Assembly: GCA_964471695.1 (NCBI GenBank)
Contig: CAYYHV010000161.1
Coordinates: 1-15,010 of the forward strand
Direction: 5' to 3'
DNA length: 15,010 bases
DNA from: an uncultured Pirellulaceae bacterium
GTDB lineage: Bacteria > Planctomycetota > Planctomycetia > Pirellulales > Pirellulaceae
Shown here: positions 7,667-15,010 of the stretch, piece after piece
Layout of the letters: every line of letters starts with the position of its first letter
Numbering within the stretch: the first letter of the stretch is position 1
Made by a program: the position numbers and the translations under genes
Notes under the pieces: model-generated
Told to the model about the DNA's origin: nothing
The model's input: the letters and a program-made list of their open reading frames with translations, nothing else
The model's database searches: none

Positions 7667-10600
7667 ATGTCCAATAGCAATGCGGACAACACTCATCTTC
7701 CAATGAATGACGAAGTCCAGTCGAAACAAGCTGAACCCAATCGACTGGAAAGCTCCACCTACGACATCATTCGCAATCGCTTGAACAATCAGTCGGATGA
7801 TCTGCGCACGCGACTTGAAGGACTCAATACCAGCCGACGAGATGTGTTCGGTGCCATTGAAACGAAGCTTTTGGCATCTGACCGCATTACGACCGAAAAC
7901 AACTGTGTTCCTCGAGATATGGTCGCGATCGGCGATCGGTTTATCTTTGGTTACAACGTCAACTTTGGATTGAAGACCGAAGTCCAATTACCCGATGTCT
8001 TTGCGATCCACTCGTTTCGTGATAACACGTTTCACGCCGAGTCACTGGAACTCATCGACGATGCGCAATTCCGAGAGGATTTTGCCCAGGTGTTTCGCTA
8101 CTACAAGCGAATTCGCTTTGGCCAGTTTTTCGTCAACGGTCCCAACTTGTACATGGTGTTTCCCTTTGGAACCACTGCGGCTGATATCAAGGTCTTCAAG
8201 TGGGTCATCGAAGGTGACCGACTGCGTTACATCGACGCGCGTAGCGAGCATGAAGTCCGCTATCCGACTCAGCACGAATTCCGCTGGGTGCGTACCCATC
8301 TTGATCAACATCGTGAAGGCATCCATCCGCACGTATCGATTGAGGACCGTATCTTCGTAGAAACGGTCGGCGGCGACCTCACGATCAAGGTAGAAGACAA
8401 CACCGAATCAGGGCAGGGCATTTATGCCGAGGATGTAGTTGATCCGGATCAAAACCTGGCCGACGCTGATATTTTCTATTCGGTGATTGAGAATATCATC
8501 CTGCTGAAGATCCGTCCCTACGGAGAGGAAGCCTACCGCTACATCGTCTATAACGACAAAATCCGACAGGCTCGTCGAGTCGATTCGATTGAGAACGCAT
8601 GTGTCCTGTTACCGGAAGGTCACGGCCTGATTTTCTCCAACGGATACTATCTACAAACGGGTGAGTACAAGGAATTTGACAGCGGGACGACGGACTTGCA
8701 GTTCTATCGCCGAGTCGTCTCGACCAACGGCGAAGACTTTCTGTTTGTTTTCAATAACCCGGATACCGGTACGTATGTACTGCTTTCTTACAACGTCATC
8801 ACACAGCAAGTCGCGACTCCCATCAGTTGCCATGGGTACTCGTTGTTTGATAACGGCAACCTCGTATTCTTCAAATCGGGGCACGAGGCGCAGAAGCACC
8901 ATACCTTGCAGATCTGGCAAACGCCGTTTGTCGGTGAGCAGTTTACGCAACACGTCAACACGGACTCGTTCCTTTACAAGATCGGCAACCCGGACATCGT
9001 GCGCGGCATGGCCGAATGTTACGAAATCCTGGCGTTAATCGCGAAAGACGATTCCTACTCGGGACTTTATCACGACCTCGCCAAAAAATCGGGCGACGTC
9101 CTTGATACCTACTTTTGGACGACTTCTGATGAAGCCGGCAACCTGGCCCTTTCGCTGGAAGAGATTCGCTCCACCGCGAATGCCGCCATTGGTGAATTCG
9201 AAAAAGTCCAGCGGGCTCGGCGCGAAACCGAAACGCAGTTTAATGAGGCTTCGTCCGATGCCAATCGGGTTGTGTCCGCGGTTCGCAGTCGCAGGTATGA
9301 CCATATCGACGACTTTGTCGCCGCACTGGCTGATCTTCGAAAAGTGCGTGGCGCTGTTGTTGGATTGCGCCAACTACGATTCATTGACGAACAAGCAGTT
9401 GCCGAGCTCGAACAGTCGATCGCGGAACAGACGGAACGCGTCTCGTTTCACTGCGTCGAGTTTCTGCTGCGCGAAGATTCACTCGTCCCTTATCGCAAGC
9501 GTGTTGAAGCACAGAGGGCTGCGATTGACGAAGTAACAAAAGTCGCGGAAGCCAAAACGCTGGAGGAAGAAATCGACTCGACGGCTGGCGATCTCGATAT
9601 GCTGATTGATGTGATCAGCAACTTGAAGATCGACGACGCCACGCAACGCACGTCGATCATCGAGTCGATATCCGCGATCTACTCACGATTGAACCAGTCT
9701 CGCGCCGCCTTGAAAAAGCACTCCAGCCAGTTGATGGCTGTGGAGGGTGAAGCCGAATTCCACTCGCAAACTAAGCTGCTCGAACAGACGGTTGTGAACT
9801 ATCTTGACGTTTGTGACTCGCCGGAAAAATGCGACGAGTATCTGACCAAGATGATGGTCCAGATCGAAGAGCTTGAAGGTCGATTCGCAGAGTTCGATCA
9901 TTTCCTGACGGAGCTCGTGGATCGCCGACAACAAGTCTACTCGGCGTTTGACAGTCGCAAAGTTGCATTAGTCGAACAGCGCAACCGGCGTGCGACTTCG
10001 ATGATGAGTGTGGCTGAACGTATCCTCAAGGGGATTGAAACGCGAGTCGCCCAACTCGACGAAATCAATGACATCCACAGCTATTTTGCTGCTGATTTGA
10101 TGGTGGACAAGGTCCGCAACCTGATCGACCAGCTTACGGAGCTCGGCGATTCCGTCAAAGTGGATGACCTGCAGAGTCGCCTGAAGACTGTCCGTGAAGA
10201 CGCGATCCGGCAATTGAAGGATCGCAAGGAACTGTTCGTCGATGGCGAAAATATTATCCAACTGGGGCGACACCGTTTTTCGGTGAACACGCAACCGTTA
10301 GATTTGACCACCGTCGTTAAAGACAACCAGATGTTCTACCACCTGACGGGCACCAACTTCATGGAGCCCATCATGGACGCTGAGCTTCTGGAGACCGTCG
10401 AAGTCTGGAATCAGACGACAGTGGCCGAGAACACTGACGTTTACCGAGCCGAGTACCTCGCGTACCAGATGCTGCGAGATCGCAGTTGGTTGGCAGACGC
10501 AAGTTCGGACGCATCAGGCCAATCGGAAACTTACGATTTGACCGCCGAATCGCTGCTGCCGCGCGTCCAGGCGTATATGGCTTCGCGCCACACGGAAGGA

Positions 10601-13021
10601 TACATGAAAGGTGTTCACGATCACGATGCAGCGATACTGCTTGCCGCCTTGTTGGAAATGGAATCGACTCTTGGCGCATTAAAATACCCAACCCAATCCC
10701 GAGCCCTCGCAAACGTTGTCTGGAAACATACACGTACGACGGATGCTGCGCTGGCACAAAAACTCACTGCGGAAATGATGGCTCGCGGAGCAATTCAGAG
10801 AGCATTTGGAACCGATACGCTTCCGATGCAATCCAAAGACACCAACGATCGGCTGTACGCGCAAGTCCGCGGACTAGTCCAGGAATACTGTGAATCCGCA
10901 ACGCACTTTGATCCCATCCACATTAACGACGCGACGACTTTCCTCATCGAAGAAGTCGCGGCGGGACGATCGCCGTTTGCAATCAGCGAAGACGCCCAAA
11001 CACTGAACGAGGGCTTTTTGCAACAACTCAAACGAGACAAGTCGTCAGATGCGTTCATCGAGTCGCGTACGGCTCTAGTTGGTTCGAGCTCTGCTAACAC
11101 CTTTGACGAATTCATACTCGTTCGGACGTGGTTGAATGCATACGTTGATCGACGTGGAGAATCCGCCGATGCACTCGTACTGGACGAAGCTGCGGCTGCA
11201 CTGACCGTCATCGCAGGCAATGCCACGCCGACGGTCCTGTCTGGTTCGTCACATCGCGAACTCACAGGGATGCTGGGCGATCACGCTTGCGTAAAGAACG
11301 ATGTGTATACATTGGTGTACGATCAATTCGCAAATCGCCTGCAGCGATTTGAACGCACGGTCGTTCCACAATTCACAACATACCAAGCCCGCAAGAAGCA
11401 ACTGGTCGAGTCGCGCAAGGAATCGCTGCGACTGGACGAGTTTAAACCTCGCGTGCTCACCTCATTCGTACGCAACCGCTTGATCGACGAAGTTTACCTG
11501 CCCATGGTTGGTGACAACCTGGCCAAACAAGTCGGCGTCGTCGGCGACCAGAAGCGTACGGACTTGATGGGCCTACTGCTGCTCGTTTCTCCTCCTGGTT
11601 ACGGAAAGACGACATTGATGGAGTACGTCGCCAACCGATTGGGACTGACTTTTATGAAAATCAACGGACCGGCCATCGGTCACGCTGTGACTTCGCTCGA
11701 CCCAGCCGAAGCCGGTAATGCGAGTGCTCGCGAGGAGATTGAGAAGCTGAACCTGGCGCTTGAAATGGGCGACAACGTGATGATTTATGTCGACGATATC
11801 CAACACTGCAACCCTGAGTTCTTGCAGAAATTTATCTCGCTCTGTGACGCACAGCGCAAGATCGAAGGTGTATTCCATGGCAAGACTCGACGCTACGATC
11901 TTCGTGGTAGAAAAGTCGTTGTGGTCATGGCGGGCAACCCGTATACCGAAAGCGGACAGAAGTTCCAGATTCCAGACATGCTGGCTTCGCGAGCCGACAC
12001 GTACAACCTTGGCGACGTCACGGGCGGCCACCAGTCCGCTTTTGCACTGAGCTACCTGGAAAATGCGATTACGTCGAACCCGACGCTTAGCACGCTTGCC
12101 AGCCGCAGCCAATCGGACGTTCTCTCGGTGATCGAGATGGCAAAGAACGGTTCCGCCGAAGGTATTGAGCTGGAAGGAAATTATTCGCCAGAACAGTTAA
12201 CGGAGTTTACTTCGGTCATCGACAAACTGCTGAAGGTGCGCGACGTGGTGCTCCGGGTAAACGAGCAATATATCGACTCGGCAGCACAAGCCGACGAGTA
12301 TCGTACCGAACCTGCGTTCAAGCTCCAGGGCTCGTACCGCGACATGAACAAGATGGCGGAAGCCGTCGCGGCCATTATGAATGAGGATGAATTATCGTTA
12401 CTCATCCAATCGCATTACGAAAACCAGGCTCAGACGCTGACGGCCGATGCCGAAGCCAACTTGCTGAAGCTTCATGAAATCCAAGGCACGTTGTCTGATG
12501 AACAACGAGAACGCTGGGAGTCCATATGCTCAACATTCAGCCGCAACTTACTGTTAGGCGCTGCGGGGGACGACAAGTTTGCCAAAATCGTTGGCCGGCT
12601 TAGCGATTTCACGAAGGGATTGGATGAAATCCGTACCGTTATCGCTTCCGGCATGTCGCAAATGGCAGAAGCCCAGGCGGCGGACACAACAAGCGACCAG
12701 TTTGCCGAAGCAACGGCTCACCTGGCGAGGTTCACCGAAGGCCTGGAAGGCATTCAACGGTCGCTCACCGACGGTATTTCTCACATGGAAGCCGCCGCCG
12801 AGACACCTGCACCGCCTCAGGAGATGCGAGTCTTCTATCGTGTACCACGTCCGTTCCTCGAAATCATTAAGGCTCAGTTTGCAATCATGAAAGGCTGGTT
12901 GGAACCGATCACGGAGCTTACCCAGCAATCACAGATCAACACGGCCGAACTGCGCAAATCGCTCGACAGCGCGACGGAACAGTTCTCCAAGATGGTTTCT
13001 GAACTGGAGCTGCAAGAATAG
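7667..13021 (+). CDS. Giant (1,784 aa) multidomain protein. Beta-rich N-terminal region, long alpha-helical/coiled-coil middle, and a single C-proximal AAA_5-type (MoxR/McrB/midasin/dynein-related) ATPase module. Family not recognised
   Basis: Uninterrupted 5,355-nt ORF with coding-like composition. Every antisense ORF is short. N-terminal ~60-490 aa are rich in aromatic/beta-type residues ('FIFGYNVNFGLKTEVQLPDVFAIHSF', 'YMVFPFGTTAADIKVFKWVIEGDRLRYI', 'FLFVFNNPDTGTYVLLSYNVIT'). Residues ~500-1000 are helical, rich in E/R/L/Q. The P-loop ATPase lies at residues ~1300-1480 (see the domain feature below). The C-terminal ~300 aa are helical. Confidence 0.9.
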   Translation: MSNSNADNTHLPMNDEVQSKQAEPNRLESSTYDIIRNRLNNQSDDLRTRLEGLNTSRRDVFGAIETKLLASDRITTENNCVPRDMVAIGDRFIFGYNVNFGLKTEVQLPDVFAIHSFRDNTFHAESLELIDDAQFREDFAQVFRYYKRIRFGQFFVNGPNLYMVFPFGTTAADIKVFKWVIEGDRLRYIDARSEHEVRYPTQHEFRWVRTHLDQHREGIHPHVSIEDRIFVETVGGDLTIKVEDNTESGQGIYAEDVVDPDQNLADADIFYSVIENIILLKIRPYGEEAYRYIVYNDKIRQARRVDSIENACVLLPEGHGLIFSNGYYLQTGEYKEFDSGTTDLQFYRRVVSTNGEDFLFVFNNPDTGTYVLLSYNVITQQVATPISCHGYSLFDNGNLVFFKSGHEAQKHHTLQIWQTPFVGEQFTQHVNTDSFLYKIGNPDIVRGMAECYEILALIAKDDSYSGLYHDLAKKSGDVLDTYFWTTSDEAGNLALSLEEIRSTANAAIGEFEKVQRARRETETQFNEASSDANRVVSAVRSRRYDHIDDFVAALADLRKVRGAVVGLRQLRFIDEQAVAELEQSIAEQTERVSFHCVEFLLREDSLVPYRKRVEAQRAAIDEVTKVAEAKTLEEEIDSTAGDLDMLIDVISNLKIDDATQRTSIIESISAIYSRLNQSRAALKKHSSQLMAVEGEAEFHSQTKLLEQTVVNYLDVCDSPEKCDEYLTKMMVQIEELEGRFAEFDHFLTELVDRRQQVYSAFDSRKVALVEQRNRRATSMMSVAERILKGIETRVAQLDEINDIHSYFAADLMVDKVRNLIDQLTELGDSVKVDDLQSRLKTVREDAIRQLKDRKELFVDGENIIQLGRHRFSVNTQPLDLTTVVKDNQMFYHLTGTNFMEPIMDAELLETVEVWNQTTVAENTDVYRAEYLAYQMLRDRSWLADASSDASGQSETYDLTAESLLPRVQAYMASRHTEGYMKGVHDHDAAILLAALLEMESTLGALKYPTQSRALANVVWKHTRTTDAALAQKLTAEMMARGAIQRAFGTDTLPMQSKDTNDRLYAQVRGLVQEYCESATHFDPIHINDATTFLIEEVAAGRSPFAISEDAQTLNEGFLQQLKRDKSSDAFIESRTALVGSSSANTFDEFILVRTWLNAYVDRRGESADALVLDEAAAALTVIAGNATPTVLSGSSHRELTGMLGDHACVKNDVYTLVYDQFANRLQRFERTVVPQFTTYQARKKQLVESRKESLRLDEFKPRVLTSFVRNRLIDEVYLPMVGDNLAKQVGVVGDQKRTDLMGLLLLVSPPGYGKTTLMEYVANRLGLTFMKINGPAIGHAVTSLDPAEAGNASAREEIEKLNLALEMGDNVMIYVDDIQHCNPEFLQKFISLCDAQRKIEGVFHGKTRRYDLRGRKVVVVMAGNPYTESGQKFQIPDMLASRADTYNLGDVTGGHQSAFALSYLENAITSNPTLSTLASRSQSDVLSVIEMAKNGSAEGIELEGNYSPEQLTEFTSVIDKLLKVRDVVLRVNEQYIDSAAQADEYRTEPAFKLQGSYRDMNKMAEAVAAIMNEDELSLLIQSHYENQAQTLTADAEANLLKLHEIQGTLSDEQRERWESICSTFSRNLLLGAAGDDKFAKIVGRLSDFTKGLDEIRTVIASGMSQMAEAQAADTTSDQFAEATAHLARFTEGLEGIQRSLTDGISHMEAAAETPAPPQEMRVFYRVPRPFLEIIKAQFAIMKGWLEPITELTQQSQINTAELRKSLDSATEQFSKMVSELELQE
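11540..12110 (+). other. AAA_5-type ATPase module inside the giant ORF (Walker A, atypical Asp-Asp Walker B, NP sensor-1 motif)
   Basis: Walker A 'LLLLVSPPGYGKTTLMEY' (SPPGYGKTT = nt 11588-11614). Walker B 'NVMIYVDDIQHCNPEFLQKFISL' (VMIYVDD = nt 11777-11797). Sensor-1 region 'KVVVVMAGNPYTESGQKFQIPDMLASRADTYNL' (~nt 11915-12010). This aligns by eye to the MoxR/midasin consensus 'hhhDEINRAPPxxQSALLE ... hhhhATQNPxExEGTYPLPEAQLDRF'. Confidence 0.7.
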
Positions 13022-13048
13022 CGCGTACCATCACCGGCGGGCGCAGCG

Positions 13049-13090
13049 AAAAAAAACGCCGTCGCAACTCGAAATTGCGACGGCGAAAAT
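13049..13090. terminator. Bidirectional rho-independent terminator between the convergent giant ATPase gene (+) and the Calx-beta/dockerin gene (-)
   Basis: Perfect 11-bp stem cgccgtcgcaa (13057-13067) / ttgcgacggcg (13075-13085) with a 7-nt loop 'ctcgaaa'. It is flanked by A8 (13049-13056), which reads as U8 after the hairpin for the minus-strand transcript, and by 'aaaatt' on the other side. Located 28 nt after the + gene stop and 31 nt after the - gene stop. Confidence 0.75.
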
Positions 13091-13115
13091 TCTGAATGCT
13101 ACGTGGTCAACTCAC

Positions 13116-15010
13116 TTAAGCATTGACATCATAATCTGCGAATACCGCAGCCCGAACGTCATAGCGCTTGACTTCAGGCCGAGATACGGACGCAACGTTC
13201 GACATCACAATCACGGGCTGGTCGGAAACCGATGAGACTGCTGAATCCGCACTTTGGAATTTATTGGCATTCCAACTGTTGAAATCGAGAACATCGACGA
13301 CACCGTCCGCATTGAAATCAGCACTACACCAACCTGTGCCGGTCGTAAACTTATTGGCATTCCAAACGTTAAAGTCCTGAACGTCTACGGCTCCGTCGAG
13401 GTTCGCATCGCCGTGTAGATACGGATTGCCCGAAGCAAGATTTGCCGCCCCGGCCTCGGCCAACCACAATTCGAGATCCTCATTCGTTAGTGACCCGTCA
13501 CCACTAAGGTCAAATTGCATGCCGCCTGCTGTTTGGCCAGCGATGGCTTGTACAAGCGCGTCGACATCGCTACAGGCGTAGAAGCCGTCGCCATCAAAGT
13601 CGCCGGAGTTTGACGACTCGTCGTCATTGATGATCGTCGCCGTTTCCATAATGCCGGCGTCCGCGAGCACCAAGTCGAATGTTTCATCAGCCTCAAACTG
13701 CGAGTCCCCGCTGACTTGGACCGTTATCGACTTTTGAACTTCACCCGCCGAGAAGCTGAGCGAACCGCTTGGCAAAACGCCACCGACGAAATCGGCGGCA
13801 TTAGCAGGCGATGCTCCGCTGCCGGTGATTTCCCAATCAATCGTCGATGGAAAAGCCGTGACGCCCTGACGAGAAACCGTAAACGTAAAGTCCGTAGTGC
13901 CAGAATCGCCTTCGATTTGATCAACATCGGCACCACCAGGAATCGCGACCTGGCGAGTCGACCAACTGGTAATGCTCAAAGGATACTGGGCAAGCTGATC
14001 CCAACTGCTACCGTCGAACGAGTACTCAAGCACGACTTCTTCGCCGTCTTCAGGATTCTCGCCTCCGTTAACATCACTTCCATAAATGATATCGAAGGAA
14101 AGCATATCGCCGACATCTGGCGAAATGAAACGCGAAGTCGCGAATCGTGAATTGCCGCCCGTGAAGTACAAGGCGTTTCCGTCCGAACCGTTGAAATCAT
14201 TCTCCGCGGTGCCGCCAGAAATCTCTACCCACTCGCCGGAATCAATGTCTGGATCAAAGTCATCACCGAATTCACCGCTGGCTAGCTCGACGTTGTCGAT
14301 CCCCCAGTTGTCAAAGTCGCCATCCGAGTTGTCAAGTTGACGCCACCGCACTTGAGGGCCAGCATTGATCACGTATCCGACGTCATCATTCAGAATTGTA
14401 CCCGTCGCTCGCGTTGAAGTACCAAGCGTTACCAAACCGTCGCTGCTGGCACTCGTCAGCAAGACACCAAACGTCTCGTCTGATTCTCCCATAGCATCAG
14501 GACTGACTTGTACCGTTACCGTCGCTGTGGACTCGCCACCCCCGAAGGTTATCTGGCCCGATGGAAGTGTGTTTCCGATAAAGTCACTCGCGTCAGCCGA
14601 CTCCGCAACGACTTCCCAATTCACAGTACTGGGCAATGCCAGTCCGCCTTGCCGAACAATTTCAAAACTGACTTCGCTGAGGGGGTTTGTGTCGATGCCC
14701 GCGGGCAGTGCTACGTCGATCGATGTCCAGACTTTATTGGTTTGCGAGTCGACGGTTTCGACAAGCTGCCAATTGGAACCACCATCAAGCGAGTACTCGA
14801 TGACGACGTCTTCACCTTCATCAACGTTCTCCCCGCCATTGGTGCTATCACCGAAGATGATATCGAACGACAAAATATCGCCAGGTTGAGCATTTTGGAA
14901 ATTGGAGACTGCCGTACGATCAGGAGCTCCGCTGAAGAATAGAGAACGACCACCCGCACCACCAAACTGCGTGTTCACCGTGCCATTGGTGATCTCAGAC
15001 CAGACGGCGT
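13116..15010 (-). CDS. Secreted/cell-surface-type repeat protein, 5'-truncated by the window end. Two tandem copies of a ~260-aa module, each ending in a Calx-beta-like domain, followed by C-terminal dockerin-type (DxDxDG) repeats
   Basis: The frame stays open upstream of the ORF-track GTG at 14978 ('...AVWSEITNGTVNTQFGG' reads through to the window end). The sequence before the GTG repeats the internal module start 'EWVEISGGTAENDFNGSDG', so the gene begins outside the window. Internal duplication: 'FDIIFGDSTNGGENVDEGEDVVIEYSLDGGSNWQLV' versus 'FDIIYGSDVNGGENPEDGEEVVLEYSFDGSSWDQLA'. Calx-beta-like segments: 'FIGNTLPSGQITFGGGESTATVTVQVSPDAMGESDETFGVLL' and 'FVGGVLPSGSLSFSAGEVQKSITVQVSGDSQFEADETFDLVL'. 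Dockerin-like repeats: 'DFDGDGFYACSDVDALVQAIAG', 'DLSGDGSLTNEDLELWLAEAG', 'DANLDGAVDVQDFNVWNANKF', 'DFNADGVVDVLDFNSWNANKF'. Confidence 0.8.
   Translation of the reverse strand, partial: AVWSEITNGTVNTQFGGAGGRSLFFSGAPDRTAVSNFQNAQPGDILSFDIIFGDSTNGGENVDEGEDVVIEYSLDGGSNWQLVETVDSQTNKVWTSIDVALPAGIDTNPLSEVSFEIVRQGGLALPSTVNWEVVAESADASDFIGNTLPSGQITFGGGESTATVTVQVSPDAMGESDETFGVLLTSASSDGLVTLGTSTRATGTILNDDVGYVINAGPQVRWRQLDNSDGDFDNWGIDNVELASGEFGDDFDPDIDSGEWVEISGGTAENDFNGSDGNALYFTGGNSRFATSRFISPDVGDMLSFDIIYGSDVNGGENPEDGEEVVLEYSFDGSSWDQLAQYPLSITSWSTRQVAIPGGADVDQIEGDSGTTDFTFTVSRQGVTAFPSTIDWEITGSGASPANAADFVGGVLPSGSLSFSAGEVQKSITVQVSGDSQFEADETFDLVLADAGIMETATIINDDESSNSGDFDGDGFYACSDVDALVQAIAGQTAGGMQFDLSGDGSLTNEDLELWLAEAGAANLASGNPYLHGDANLDGAVDVQDFNVWNANKFTTGTGWCSADFNADGVVDVLDFNSWNANKFQSADSAVSSVSDQPVIVMSNVASVSRPEVKRYDVRAAVFADYDVNA

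Noticed and set aside
8042-12928. Numerous 60-180-aa ORFs on both strands inside the giant gene (e.g. 8651..8953, 9035..9373, 10795..11265, 11573..12112, 12554..12928)
   Set aside because: All are nested in or antisense to the continuous 5.4-kb ORF, whose AAA motifs validate its frame. No evidence for independent genes.
1-15010. Mobile elements, CRISPR arrays, tRNA/rRNA genes
   Set aside because: No transposase/integrase-like ORFs. No terminal inverted repeats flanking a cargo. No regularly spaced direct repeats. No tRNA cloverleaf candidates noticed. The repeats seen are coding repeats or intergenic hairpins.

Overview
This 15 kb window is moderately GC-rich, and its gene content suggests a Planctomycetota (Pirellulales-like) genome; that taxonomic guess is an inference. 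The evidence is a DUF1559 prepilin-type protein with an N-terminal methylation motif and the H-x9-DG motif, a Calx-beta/dockerin-repeat protein, and a GH20-discoidin glycosidase.

Genes in order:
- (+) A 5'-truncated GH20 beta-N-acetylhexosaminidase-like gene with a C-terminal discoidin domain.
- (-) A histidine-phosphatase (PGAM-family) gene.
- (-) A DUF1559 pseudopilin-like gene with a small ATGA-coupled downstream ORF.
- A roughly 480-nt divergent intergenic region.
- (+) A YqiJ/NfeD-like membrane protein carrying an unusual alternating Asp-hydrophobic repeat. Its stop is immediately followed by the start of the next gene (TAA-ATG).
- (+) A 739-aa flotillin (SPFH/band-7) gene with a very long E/A/K-rich coiled coil.
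- A roughly 400-nt, highly structured, GC-rich intergenic leader containing a duplicated hairpin motif.
- (+) A giant 1,784-aa ORF. It has a beta-rich N-terminal region, a coiled-coil centre and a single MoxR/midasin-type AAA_5 ATPase module near the C-terminus.
- A bidirectional rho-independent terminator.
- (-) A convergent, 5'-truncated Calx-beta/dockerin-repeat protein with an internal tandem duplication.

No rRNA, tRNA, CRISPR array, transposase or integrase is visible.

The most interesting candidate is the same-strand module of NfeD-like protein, flotillin, structured leader and giant AAA_5 ATPase. I cannot match the giant protein to a characterised family from sequence alone.
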